This document shows positions 1 to 9,892 of a stretch of 64,000 bases of DNA, piece after piece. This DNA is from a bacterium (lineage in GTDB: Bacteria > SAR324 > NAC60-12). The notes under the pieces were generated by a model. It ran no database searches. It was not told the origin of the DNA and saw nothing but the letters and a program-made list of their open reading frames with translations. The stretch is taken from contig OZ242383.1 of the NCBI GenBank assembly GCA_965209155.1, positions 3,010,051-3,074,050 on the forward strand, written 5' to 3'. Positions within the stretch are counted from its first letter, which is position 1; every line of letters starts with the position of its first letter. The translations under genes were made by a program, and so were the position numbers.

Positions 1-56
1 CTGAAGTTCATGTACTTTCCGCAATTCAGGGCGGCTGACTGTTCCTGGGTCTGTTT

Positions 57-485
57 TCAAGCTGAAAGATTGCCCCAACTGACAACCTTCGACACCCTGA
101 TTGCAATGACAGGAAGAGGGTGCAGCAGCATGGCATTATACTGGGGATATCTCTGTTTCAGTAAGTTCTGCGCGTGATCATGCTCTGCACCGGCATTGAG
201 GATCTCTGCGCATCCTTGCAACATCACCCATCCCAATTGTGACCAGTCCTTATTATTATAGAGGTCCGCAACCAGAGCAACTTGTGGATTCTCCAAAATA
301 TTACGGATTCGTTTGGGCATTCGGTTTATGTTTCGCTTCGGTTTTTCATCGACCGTGATGTAAACCATGTCTCCATGCAGGGTAAAACAAACAGGAACGA
401 CATGCGGCTGGCATTTTGCGTTTGCTGTCGCCAAATGGGCAACTTTCCGGCTTCTGAGAAATCGAGATTCTTTTTCACTGAGCAT
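57..485 (-). CDS. PPOX-class F420-dependent / pyridoxamine 5'-phosphate oxidase family protein
   Basis: 142-aa ORF; sequence pattern (RKVAHLATA...PHVVPVCF...DMVYI) typical of the PNPOx-like split-barrel F420 family; recognised from memory. Confidence 0.55.
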   Translation of the reverse strand: MLSEKESRFLRSRKVAHLATANAKCQPHVVPVCFTLHGDMVYITVDEKPKRNINRMPKRIRNILENPQVALVADLYNNKDWSQLGWVMLQGCAEILNAGAEHDHAQNLLKQRYPQYNAMLLHPLPVIAIRVSKVVSWGNLSA

Positions 486-596
486 TGAATGTTTATGAAT
501 TGAAGAATTGATAGTGGATTATTTCAGTCGCTTGTGAGAAAAAAGAAATGGTACTTCACGCAATTTTAAATCATCCAATCATCAAAAGGAGAGAAG

Positions 597-1070
597 ATGT
601 TAGATGCTTTTATGACCGGACTGCTTCAGATAGTCGTTTATTTCAGTATTGGATTGATCGCCCTCATGTTGGGACGGAAGTTCTTTGATTGGATTACATC
701 TTATGATTTGACCCACGAAACCTCGGAAAAGGACAATCGCGCGGTTTCCTGCGCGGAAGCCGGATTTTATATCGGAATCTCCATAATTATCCATGCGTCT
801 GTCGCTGGTGAAGTCAATTATGCCTTGTTCCCGTTTCTGGAAGGAGAATCACCCAGCATCTGGGCTATTTTAGCTGCTGAATTGATCACAACATTTCTTT
901 ATTTTTTAGCAGGGATTATTTGTCTGGGATTGGGACGCAAGGGACTACACAAAATCATTCCCTATGATATGGATAAAGAGATGGTGGAAGACCGCAATGT
1001 CGGGGTAGGTTTATTGGAAGCGGGCTTTTATGTTTCGTCGGCGATTATCATACATGGAATACTGATTTGA
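597..1070 (+). CDS. DUF350-family membrane protein (two internal repeats)
   Basis: 157 aa, hydrophobic, two repeated halves each with an ...AEAGFYIG.SIIIH... motif as in DUF350. Confidence 0.55.
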   Translation: MLDAFMTGLLQIVVYFSIGLIALMLGRKFFDWITSYDLTHETSEKDNRAVSCAEAGFYIGISIIIHASVAGEVNYALFPFLEGESPSIWAILAAELITTFLYFLAGIICLGLGRKGLHKIIPYDMDKEMVEDRNVGVGLLEAGFYVSSAIIIHGILI

Positions 1071-1090
1071 GGGGTGAAGTGGGAACCCTT

Positions 1091-1330
1091 TCAATTCTTT
1101 TGAATGAAAAAAATATGAGCGTTATCTTCCACCTCGGTTTTCAGGATTGAATTTCCGGTACGAATACCCCAGTTTTTGACATCGTTGATAAAACCGGGGT
1201 CTGTCGACACCATTTTCAGCACTTGTCCGGGGGATAACCTGGATAGAGCCTTTTTCGTTTGCAGCGCAGGCATCGGACAACTGAGGTTTCGGCAGTCTAA
1301 ATATTGATCAAAGTTCATTTCTTGGTTCAT
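1091..1330 (-). CDS. tusA: TusA-like sulfurtransferase
   Basis: CPxP-type motif (CRNLSCPMP) near the N-terminus; about 79 aa from the internal Met at 1330, preceded by a GAGGAG RBS; the ORF track extends to 1363. Confidence 0.7.
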   Translation of the reverse strand: MNQEMNFDQYLDCRNLSCPMPALQTKKALSRLSPGQVLKMVSTDPGFINDVKNWGIRTGNSILKTEVEDNAHIFFIQKN

Positions 1331-1378
1331 TGCCTGTTCTCCTCGATTATTGGATGCCCGCATTCCAGATCAACGGGT

Positions 1379-2101
1379 TCATAGATTGATATGTAATCCA
1401 CATTCTGTTTTATCATACTGGTTCCACCGGTCTTCTCGTCCATTGATTCCCACCCCTTTTGTACAGGGAACGCATCCCAGGCTTTGGTCTTTCCCGGGAA
1501 TATGGAGAGGATGGATGGGGATCGACTTTTTTCGCATATAGTCGAATATCTCGTCAGTTGTCCAGTCCAGGAAAGGATGGAGTTTATATATTCCCTTTTT
1601 GGTCAGGACGGCTTTCGCGAAATTGTTTCTTTGATTGGTTTGGTCTCTGCGTACCGCAGAAATCCATGCGCGAACGCCATGCTGGTTGATATAGTCTTCC
1701 AGGGGTTGGATCTTGTTCAAGGCACAGCAGAAATCGGGATTGAACAAGTATTTAGCACCATGTTTATGCAAAAAATCCTCTCTTGTCAGTCTCGGCAATG
1801 CTTCTACAAAGTCCAGATTCTGGTAAGTCGCTTTCAAGGTCTCAAAGTAGTCCAGAGTTTCTTCAAATAAGAAGCCCGTGTTGACAAAGACAACACGGAT
1901 GGGCAATTCGAGCTCGGATAAAAAATGAATCAACACTCCCGAGGTGATACCACAGGAGGTTGTAGCGATCAATTTGTCACCAAAAAGGTCATAGGTTTCC
2001 CGAATAAATTCAGCCGTATCCAGGTGATCGAGTTTGCGCAATACTGCCTGAATTTCATGAAAGTGTTCACCAAACGGTATTTTATTTGACATGATCATCA
2101 C
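1379..2101 (-). CDS. cysH: phosphoadenosine phosphosulfate / adenylylsulfate reductase
   Basis: 240 aa; PAPS-reductase fold pattern; C-terminal ECGLH motif. Confidence 0.85.
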   Translation of the reverse strand: MMIMSNKIPFGEHFHEIQAVLRKLDHLDTAEFIRETYDLFGDKLIATTSCGITSGVLIHFLSELELPIRVVFVNTGFLFEETLDYFETLKATYQNLDFVEALPRLTREDFLHKHGAKYLFNPDFCCALNKIQPLEDYINQHGVRAWISAVRRDQTNQRNNFAKAVLTKKGIYKLHPFLDWTTDEIFDYMRKKSIPIHPLHIPGKDQSLGCVPCTKGVGINGREDRWNQYDKTECGLHINL

Positions 2102-2114
2102 ATTTATTTAGGCG

Positions 2115-4268
2115 TTAGGCAGCAACAATATTTGCGCTTTGAGCAATCCGGCTGTAAACCACATGGGCTTCTTCAACAAACAGGATTGCTTGTTCAATGG
2201 TATAGCGAATATTGGTTTCATCCAACGATGCAAAATCTTCGTCCAGGGTTTTTAAATAGTAGGCGGCCGGTTTGGCAAAGAAAATTGAATTTTCTACAAA
2301 ATGGCTTTTGAAGGAATCGGCGGTCACATAATCGCCAAATTCTTCATAACCCTGGGTCAGGAGCAGCGCTTTTGCAGCTTTTTCCATTGAAGACTTTGCC
2401 AGGTAGTAAGCTTCCCGTGAGCGGCTTTCCTCCAGAAATATTGCAGCCTGCGCGTTGTTACGGTCGCATTCCTCCAATAAAAATTCGGTACGAGGCAGGA
2501 GTTCCCCGGCACATTCCCCTTTTTCCGTACTCAACTGAAATGCGCTTTCCTCTCCCACGTCAGTAAAAAAACCGGGACTCTCTTCATAAGTGGGCAAAGT
2601 CATTAAATCGGCCAATTCTTCTTTGACTTTCTTTTTTCCGACACGTTCCACAAATTGAGCGAAACTTTCATCCGCTTCCCGGAAATTTTCATAAAATCGG
2701 TTCACCCGCTCAATAGCTTCCGGAACACGGTGAGGGGATATTTTCCCCACAGCCAATCCATACGATTGCGCATTGCCGGTGGTAGTGCCTCCCAGAAGCA
2801 TTTGAAATACGGGTGCAATCCGACCTTCCTTGGACTGGGCAGAACCAAAGAAACCGAGATCAGCAATGTGGTGTTGCCCACAGGAATTGGGACAGCCACT
2901 GACTTTGATCTTCATTCCCGTTTTTTCACCGAGTTCGTACAAATTGTTCTGGAATTGCTCATGAAGCATGGCTGCCAACCCTCTCGAAGCAGTAATTCCC
3001 AGTTTGCAGGAATCGGTACCGGGGCAAGCGGTGACATCACTGAGGGTATTGCTGTGACCATGCAATCCCAATTGCTTGAGGTCTTCATACAGAAAAGGCA
3101 ATTCGGCATTGGAAACCCAGCGAAAGACGATGTTTTGTTCCGCACTCAAACGGATCGTGTCTTGGATATATTGACTGGAAAATTTCACCAAACGGCGCAA
3201 TTGATCGGCGCTGATGTCTCCCAATGGGCAAAATATATGGGCGATGGAATATCCTTCCTGTTGTTGAGCTTCAACATTGTGCTGGAACCATTTTTTGAAT
3301 TCATCGCTCTGCGCTTCCAAATCCAGGGAAGATGGTGGTTTTGAGGGAGATTCACTATAATTGGAATATTTGGCGAAAATGGTTGCTCCTGCTTGGTTAC
3401 CACCAATTTTGATCCGTTCTTCTTCAATCATCTCACGCACGGGGTCGATTCCGAGTTTATCCACGACAAATTTAAAACGCGCCCGATTGCGGTTACGACG
3501 CTCCCCATGGCGAGTAAAAATCCGGGCAATGGCCTGCGCTACGGAAAACAACTCTTCCCGCGGAATGAATTCATACAACTGGCGCGCTTTGCGAGGCACC
3601 GCACCGAGACCGCCACCGATGAGCAACTCAAACCCTTGCACCGCTTTTCCTTCGATTTGCCGTACCTGAGCAATGGCTCCGATATCATGCATGTAGGCCA
3701 AACCGCACATTTCCCCAGCGCAACCCGAATAAGAAATTTTGAATTTCCGACCGAAATCCTGAGCTTCGGGATGCTTCAATAAAAATTCGGACATGGCCAG
3801 GGCATCCGGGGTGGTATCAAATGCTGCGGATGCGCAAACTCCACTCTTGGTGCATGCGCACACGTTGCGGACTACGTTTCCACAGGCTTCCAAGGTGGTG
3901 ATCCCTGCTCGAGCCAGCCGTTTCAGTAATTCTGGCGTATCCCGGATGTTGACGTTATGATATTGGATATCCTGACGCGTTGTGACATGCGAAACCCCGT
4001 CTGCCATTTCTTCAGACAAATCTGCCATGGTCTTCAGCTGCTCAGTGGAGACCATACCCAGTGGGAGTTTGATCCGAATCATCTGTTGATTGGGTTGGCG
4101 CTGTCCGTACACTCCATGGCGCAGACGAAATTCCGTGAAAATCGCTTCCGGAACCTCCCCATTGAGCCAGCGGTTGAGTTCGGTTTCGTAAAGCTCCAAA
4201 TGCCTGGACAAATCTGTTTCGTCAATAATATGCTGCCAACACTCTTGGGTGGATTCAATTGTAGTCAT
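2115..4268 (-). CDS. sir: ferredoxin-dependent sulfite (nitrite/sulfite) reductase hemoprotein with a C-terminal extension
   Basis: 717 aa. Two NiR/SiR ferredoxin-like half-domains and 4Fe-4S/siroheme Cys clusters (CAC.K.GVCA; SGCPNSCGQHH). About 150-190 extra C-terminal residues. Confidence 0.8.
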   Translation of the reverse strand: MTTIESTQECWQHIIDETDLSRHLELYETELNRWLNGEVPEAIFTEFRLRHGVYGQRQPNQQMIRIKLPLGMVSTEQLKTMADLSEEMADGVSHVTTRQDIQYHNVNIRDTPELLKRLARAGITTLEACGNVVRNVCACTKSGVCASAAFDTTPDALAMSEFLLKHPEAQDFGRKFKISYSGCAGEMCGLAYMHDIGAIAQVRQIEGKAVQGFELLIGGGLGAVPRKARQLYEFIPREELFSVAQAIARIFTRHGERRNRNRARFKFVVDKLGIDPVREMIEEERIKIGGNQAGATIFAKYSNYSESPSKPPSSLDLEAQSDEFKKWFQHNVEAQQQEGYSIAHIFCPLGDISADQLRRLVKFSSQYIQDTIRLSAEQNIVFRWVSNAELPFLYEDLKQLGLHGHSNTLSDVTACPGTDSCKLGITASRGLAAMLHEQFQNNLYELGEKTGMKIKVSGCPNSCGQHHIADLGFFGSAQSKEGRIAPVFQMLLGGTTTGNAQSYGLAVGKISPHRVPEAIERVNRFYENFREADESFAQFVERVGKKKVKEELADLMTLPTYEESPGFFTDVGEESAFQLSTEKGECAGELLPRTEFLLEECDRNNAQAAIFLEESRSREAYYLAKSSMEKAAKALLLTQGYEEFGDYVTADSFKSHFVENSIFFAKPAAYYLKTLDEDFASLDETNIRYTIEQAILFVEEAHVVYSRIAQSANIVAA

Positions 4269-4338
4269 GTTTGCCTTTTAAATAATATTTATCTCCCGAA
4301 CCCGTTCCTTTTCCTGGGAGTTTCCGAGCTGATAAGGA

Positions 4339-4794
4339 TTAAATATAATAGATAAAACCCTGGTTGGTCCGGGAACGCACTTTGACTTCCCGTTTCATAA
4401 TATCCTGTAAACTGATCGTGTCTAAAACCCGTGCAATCGCTTCCTGAACTTCTGCCCATACGCCAAAAAAATGAAGGCGTCCTTCATGGAGGGATTTCAA
4501 TTGAGGCAATGGCTCTGAATGCTCCAATGAGAACCAGCGTTTGTCTACCAACCGGATGATATCTCCCAAAAAAATCTCGTCTGGTGGTTTTGCCAGAGCA
4601 TATCCTCCACTGGGTCCTTTTCTACTTTCCACGTATCCTGCTTTTTTCAACTGGAGCATGATTTGTTCGAGATACTTGTTTGGAATCCCCTGGGCCTTGG
4701 AAAGATCCGAGACCCGTACCAGTTTATTGTTGTAGTAATGCGAAAGTTCCAACACCGCGCGCAGCGCATAATCACATCGAGTTGTGCGTTTCAT
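4339..4794 (-). CDS. Rrf2-family transcriptional regulator
   Basis: N-terminal wHTH (CDYALRAVLEL...), Rrf2 pattern; sits at the head of the sir-cysH-tusA operon. Confidence 0.8.
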   Translation of the reverse strand: MKRTTRCDYALRAVLELSHYYNNKLVRVSDLSKAQGIPNKYLEQIMLQLKKAGYVESRKGPSGGYALAKPPDEIFLGDIIRLVDKRWFSLEHSEPLPQLKSLHEGRLHFFGVWAEVQEAIARVLDTISLQDIMKREVKVRSRTNQGFIYYI

Positions 4795-4999
4795 ACGCAC
4801 TCCTTTTTAGAGTATATAAATATGAAATTTGTTTGAATAAGTCAAGATTTATAATTATTTTTTTTTAATATTAATAAAATCAGTATCTTATAAATTCAAA
4901 TTATCTGACTAATTTAATAGGAAATATTGATTTTCTATCCGAATACGCTTCATTTTAATCAAAAACATACTAATAAACTAGGAAAAATTCGATTTCTGA

Positions 5000-6490
5000 T
5001 TATTGAAAGGAAAGACAAGCATGACGCGCCTGTTCCAATTGATTCCTCGCTTTTTGCAGAAAGCGGGAATGCTGCTCGAGGGAATGGGAAAGCGCCTTGA
5101 TTTGACCCGGCAAGGATTCAGGATTGGGAGATCCCTGGTGTTGTCGCTGTTTCAGAAGAAAAAGGGGATCGTTGAAGGATTTGACGGTCTCCGGGGAAAT
5201 TTCTCCAGGACAGCCTGTTTCCCGCATGGCTCGCTCTAATGCTGTTTGCGTGAGATGCCCGGCATCTCTGGCATATTCTACGGCCAATGCCAAAACCTGG
5301 TAGCATTTCCGGAAAGACAAATTGAGGGTGCGTGCCAGGTGATCAGCCACATCAACTGCATTGATAAACCCTTCCTCGGATTTTCGACGCATCACTTCTT
5401 TGCGCACGGTCAGTCCTTCGAATACGCTTTTAAGGATCAAAGGGGTCGGCTCGCATTCTCGAATGACGTCCATCACCAGGTATTTGGTCATCTGCGTATC
5501 CCGGTTGAAACCGCTCAAGTTTCCTTTTTGAATGCCCAACAGGCTCATCAGGATCCCATGGCTCAGCGAGGCTTTTGCTTTGATCACTTCCGCAAAATCA
5601 GGATTTTTTTTCTGCGGCATGATGGAAGAACCCGTGACCATGCTTTCATCGATTTCAATCATTCCCACATACGGCAAACTGAGGAAAATCAAATCCTGCG
5701 CAATGATACTCAGACGATTCATCGCCATCGCGAAGGTTTGAGTCAGCTGCGTTTCATTTTCCCAACGAGAGACGATGCAGTCCAAGGTGTTGCTGTCGAT
5801 CAAGTCGAATCCAAGCAACTCCGAGGTACGTTGACGGTTTATTGGCCAGGAGGTACCGAAGGACGCAGCAGCTCCCAATGGATTACGATTGATCAATTGG
5901 TATGCGAAAGCAACCCGTTCCAGGTCACGAGAAAGCCCTTGCACGTAGGAACTCACCCAATGCCCCCAACTGGTCACCATTCCAGGTTGATAGTGGGTAA
6001 ATCCGGGCATGACAGTTTGCGCGTGATGCTGCGCATGGGAGAGCAAAGCGGTGGAAAGCGCGGTCAGATTCTCTCCTAACCGCAAGCAGACGTCACGCAT
6101 GAAAAGCCGCATATCGCAGACGATTTGATCATTACGACTCCGTCCGGTATGAAGCGTTCCTCCTACTGCAAGCCCATATTTTTCCGTCAAGAACGATTCA
6201 ATATTGATGTGTACGTCTTCTTTTTGAGGATCCAACGAAAATTTCCCTGCCTCCACCAGGGACTGTAACTCGCCAAGTCCTTGCAGGATCAAGGAAAGTG
6301 TCTGGGAAGTGATGATATTTTGTTCAAAGAGCATGATCGCGTGGGCGCGGTTGGTCCAGAGATCATAAGGCAGCAAAACGGCATCGGCCATTGGCAGGGA
6401 ATGTACGTCGCGTCCTGCGCAAAAAAGGACATTTTGCTCTTCGGGCTTCTCGTTCAAAGGGCTACTCCAAACCTGTTTTCTAAGAGTCAT
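5000..6490 (-). CDS. argH: argininosuccinate lyase family (fumarate-lyase superfamily)
   Basis: 496 aa; lyase_1 signature GSSIMPQKKNPD. Confidence 0.7.
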   Translation of the reverse strand: MTLRKQVWSSPLNEKPEEQNVLFCAGRDVHSLPMADAVLLPYDLWTNRAHAIMLFEQNIITSQTLSLILQGLGELQSLVEAGKFSLDPQKEDVHINIESFLTEKYGLAVGGTLHTGRSRNDQIVCDMRLFMRDVCLRLGENLTALSTALLSHAQHHAQTVMPGFTHYQPGMVTSWGHWVSSYVQGLSRDLERVAFAYQLINRNPLGAAASFGTSWPINRQRTSELLGFDLIDSNTLDCIVSRWENETQLTQTFAMAMNRLSIIAQDLIFLSLPYVGMIEIDESMVTGSSIMPQKKNPDFAEVIKAKASLSHGILMSLLGIQKGNLSGFNRDTQMTKYLVMDVIRECEPTPLILKSVFEGLTVRKEVMRRKSEEGFINAVDVADHLARTLNLSFRKCYQVLALAVEYARDAGHLTQTALERAMRETGCPGEISPETVKSFNDPLFLLKQRQHQGSPNPESLPGQIKALSHSLEQHSRFLQKARNQLEQARHACLSFQ

Positions 6491-6989
6491 TTTGTCTCGT
6501 CAGAAAGGAAAGACTCCCATGAAAGGATCGTCTGAAGTATCATGGATTGGTCTCCGTTTTGCATTTGTATGGGTACATTTTGATTGTTTCCACTTTACTA
6601 CAAAATCTGAAATTAGTCAGTCATTCCTTTGCGCAGTTCGGTAACGAGGACTGAATTCCGATCCTCGAAATAACTCGTAAAACATAGTAAAAGTGGTTTT
6701 GTGAAGAGGTATGCAGCCAGACAGAAATCTGGATCCCCACTCCTCGCTCCCTGCTTTCGCAGGGACAAGTTTAGCGAGGATGACATAGATCAGGATACTC
6801 CTATTATTGAAGATTTATGTCGAAATCGGGTTAAAAAATGAAACTTGCTAAAAAATACGTGAATCAGGAGTTAAAAACCGTGTCATTCCTGGCTTGACCA
6901 GGAATCCAGGGGGATACGGACGATAGTTTGGATGCCGGATCATCCCGGACTGGATCCGGGACCAGCATGACACATCATAATTAATCTCA

Positions 6990-7545
6990 TTAAACCACCA
7001 GCTCTGCTGGTGCGAACCTAATAGGCTTTGCCGGTCAGACATGAGAAACGTATCCGTGTCCGTGAGCCGTGCTCGTGCTCGTGAACGGTCAGTGAATTCG
7101 ACGGCACATTTTGGTTAACATAGAAACAATGCGATGAAGTAACTGTTTCCCTTCGTCAAATAAAGGAGGCTGGATGATCTTCAACACGTTTAAAACATCG
7201 AGAATAGCAGCGCATTCCATTGCGGAACCTCGGGCCAATGCATAGAATCGTTGCTTGTCAGGAAAGGAATTTTTTCCACAGCCTTCTGCGATATTGAGAG
7301 GAATCGACCATGAGGCCCTTTTCAGTTGGTCAACTAAGGCTGAGTATCCTTTTGGCAATGTTTCGATGACTTGGACAGATAACGCTAAAAATTCGATGGA
7401 ACATGGGTATACATCGAGTTTTTCATGATCAAACATGGCAGCCTTTTTCGTTCACGAGCACGAGCACGTCTTACGATGACGAACACGTTTTGCCCTCATA
7501 CTGGGGGTCTCTTCAAGCCACCGGCTCTGCCGGTGGTGATGACTT
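6990..7545. mobile_element. inverted-repeat-flanked element carrying a four-helix-bundle (23S rRNA IVS-type) protein gene
   Basis: Mirrored hairpin and terminal arms on the two sides of the ORF: ccaccagctctgctggtg...cgtgctcgtgctcgtgaacg at 6990-7080 against cgttcacgagcacgagcacg...ccaccggctctgccggtgg at 7440-7540. Confidence 0.5.
7089..7436 (-). CDS. four-helix-bundle protein (23S rRNA intervening-sequence protein family)
   Basis: 115 aa; family pattern (...SIPLNIAEGCG...RFYALARGSAMECAAILDV...); no rRNA gene nearby. Confidence 0.65.
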   Translation of the reverse strand: MFDHEKLDVYPCSIEFLALSVQVIETLPKGYSALVDQLKRASWSIPLNIAEGCGKNSFPDKQRFYALARGSAMECAAILDVLNVLKIIQPPLFDEGKQLLHRIVSMLTKMCRRIH

Positions 7546-7608
7546 TTAAATTATTGATTTTATAAATTAAATTTCAACTCCTGATTCGCATAAAAATAGG
7601 AAACGAGT

Positions 7609-8406
7609 ATGAGCACGCAGGAAGACGGACGGGTCGACAGAGAGATCTCGGTCGAGGTATCCGACCATGTAGCATGTGTCGAAATTCGACGTCCACCCAA
7701 TAATTTCTTCGATTTTACTCTCATTCGCGAACTTGCGGAAGTCTACGAGTCACTGGATGTACGAAACGACTGCCGTGCCATCGTCCTTTGCTCGCAAGGT
7801 AAACACTTTTGCGCCGGTGCGGAACTGACTGCGCAACAATCCTGGGGAGAAAAGCAGCTCGAGAGCCAGGCGGGAAATCTCTATATGGAAGCCGTGCGCT
7901 TGTTTCGTGCTTCAACACCGGTGATTGCCGCCGTGCATGGGGCTGCCATCGGGGGCGGATTGGGATTGGCCTTGTCGGCCGACTTTCGAGTGACCTGCCC
8001 CGAAGCGCGTTTTTCTGCCAACTTTGCTCGTCTCGGTTTCCACCACGGCTTTGGTCTGAGTGTGACCTTACCTCGTATTGTCGGGCCAACTCGAGCCGAA
8101 TTACTCTTACTCAGCGGTCGACGTATAAATGGCGAGGATGCTTTTGCGATGGGTCTGGCTGAAGAATTGGTCCCACGTGATTCCGTGCGTTCACGTGCGC
8201 ACGCCCTTGCCTGCGAGATCGCGCAATCCGCCCCGCTTTCACTGCGAGAGATACGATCTACTATGCGAGGAAACCTTGCTGATGAAGTGGCACGGGCGAC
8301 TGAGCACGAACTCGAAATGCAGAGCATGCTCAGCGCAACTTCCGATTTTCGCGAAGGGGTGCTGGCGATGGAAGAACGACGCACTCCGCGATTTGAAGGG
8401 AAATAA
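7609..8406 (+). CDS. enoyl-CoA hydratase/isomerase family protein
   Basis: Crotonase motifs (CAGAEL; IAAVHGAAIGGGLGLALSADFRV). Confidence 0.85.
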   Translation: MSTQEDGRVDREISVEVSDHVACVEIRRPPNNFFDFTLIRELAEVYESLDVRNDCRAIVLCSQGKHFCAGAELTAQQSWGEKQLESQAGNLYMEAVRLFRASTPVIAAVHGAAIGGGLGLALSADFRVTCPEARFSANFARLGFHHGFGLSVTLPRIVGPTRAELLLLSGRRINGEDAFAMGLAEELVPRDSVRSRAHALACEIAQSAPLSLREIRSTMRGNLADEVARATEHELEMQSMLSATSDFREGVLAMEERRTPRFEGK

Positions 8407-8523
8407 TAACCTCCCCCTGGTATATTTTGCTTTCAAACGGATTCCGCTTGCGCCTCGCATCATGAGCAATCATCGCGCTCAGTTGCAAAAGAAAGAGTTT
8501 GGATCCGCTCAAACAAGCTCCAT

Positions 8524-9402
8524 CTAGACGACAATGACGGGGTTTTCCAGCGTCCCGATTCCCGCAATCGTGATGCTGATCACATCGCCTTGCTGAAGGG
8601 TGAATCCAGACGGGGGATGACAATCACATCCGGTGAGTACTGTCGTCAAGTCGGGCATGGCGTTGGACCGTTGGATCCAGTCGGCCAGTTGGACGCAACT
8701 GCGGGCCAAATGGGACGTGGAGCTCTCGCCGTGCCACACTACTTTGTTGTCACGTCTGGTAGAGCAGCGTAAATCCAGGTTCTCAGGGGTTTGGATCGAT
8801 TCCGCAGTCACGAAGCAGGGCCCGATGGCGCAGCTCCGATTATAGACTTTGGCCTGGGGCTGGTAATACGTATTTTCTCCCTCGATGGAGATGGCGCTCA
8901 TGTCGTTGGCGACGGTGTAGCCAATGATCTCCCCCTGGTAGAGCACAAAGGCGAGTTCAGGCTCCGGGATGTTGACCGCGCTGTCCTCCCGGATTCCAAC
9001 GGATTCAAAGGGGCCGACGCATCGTTGGGGCGTTGCCTTGAAGAAAAGCATCGGGCGCTCTGCCTTATAGATCTTGATGTAACTTTCTGAGGCCTTGCTC
9101 AGGTCTTTGTTATAGGTCGCGCCGGCACCCCACACTTCCGGAGGGTCGAAGGGACGAGCCAGTCGCAGATCGCTTTTTTCATCTAAGACCTCCTCCATTT
9201 TCAGGATTTGGGGCTGGCCGGATGCGATGATCCGTTCTGCAATCTGGTCTATGCTGACTCCGGAGAGGGATGCGGCCCGAGCAATGACTTCCAGGCCTGA
9301 TAGATTTTCATCCACCGAAGTCAGGTCGGCGAGGAGGCCTTCCTCTTGTTCCACGGCAAATCGGGAGCCGCCATTTGCTGAAATGAGTTTGTAATACTTC
9401 AT
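8524..9402 (-). CDS. fumarylacetoacetate hydrolase (FAH) family protein, copy 1
   Basis: 292 aa, FAH-fold pattern; about 99% identical to the ORF at 14930..15808. Confidence 0.7.
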   Translation of the reverse strand: MKYYKLISANGGSRFAVEQEEGLLADLTSVDENLSGLEVIARAASLSGVSIDQIAERIIASGQPQILKMEEVLDEKSDLRLARPFDPPEVWGAGATYNKDLSKASESYIKIYKAERPMLFFKATPQRCVGPFESVGIREDSAVNIPEPELAFVLYQGEIIGYTVANDMSAISIEGENTYYQPQAKVYNRSCAIGPCFVTAESIQTPENLDLRCSTRRDNKVVWHGESSTSHLARSCVQLADWIQRSNAMPDLTTVLTGCDCHPPSGFTLQQGDVISITIAGIGTLENPVIVV

Positions 9403-9479
9403 GTTTTCCTTTCATTTTATCTGATGAAACCACGTCCTTTGGGCGAGGAGGCCTAGTTGTGGTCAGAGACAATCGGCTC

Positions 9480-9650
9480 GGCCAGAAACGTGCCCGTGTT
9501 CGTAATCGTGCTCGTGCTCGATAGAAACGTTCCCGATTCCCTTGAGATGGAGATTCCGAATAGAAGAGACGGCAGGGAATCCAGGATTCTCTGGGATGCC
9601 ATTTCGTTCACGAGCACGGCTCACGATTACGATCACGAGCCGCCCCTTTA
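9480..9650. repeat. MITE-like element with cgtgctcgtgctcg-type inverted termini, no ORF
   Basis: Left arm gttcgtaatcgtgctcgtgctcg is mirrored by cgttcacgagcacggctcacgattacgatcacgag on the right. Termini resemble those of the element at 6990-7545. Second copy at 15880-16045. Confidence 0.6.
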
Positions 9651-9654
9651 ATCC

Positions 9655-9885
9655 CAGCACACGCTCAAGCTGTTCACGGTCTGTATAGCCACCACCCTAT
9701 CCGTGCATCTTACCCACCATGACGTCGATGACATCGCCGGGGATGAAGCGCACCGAGAGAAAGACCAGGATACTCAGGAGAAACAGGGTCGGGATCATGA
9801 GCAATAACCGCCTGATGAATTAGGTTCTCATGGGAAACCCCCTCCCTAACCCCTCCCGCCAGGGGAGGGGAAACAAGGTTTTAAC
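9655..9885 (-). pseudogene. 5' fragment (first ~60 codons plus upstream hairpin) of a DppB/OppB-like permease gene
   Basis: Near-identical at DNA level to 18090-18335, the start of permease 17269..18273, including the cccctcccgccaggggagggg hairpin. Truncated at the MITE. Confidence 0.7.
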
Positions 9886-9892
9886 ATGGCTT

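Noticed and set aside
7089-7436. Annotation as a 23S rRNA intervening sequence in the literal sense
   Set aside because: No rRNA gene sequence flanks it. It is a free-standing IR-flanked element.
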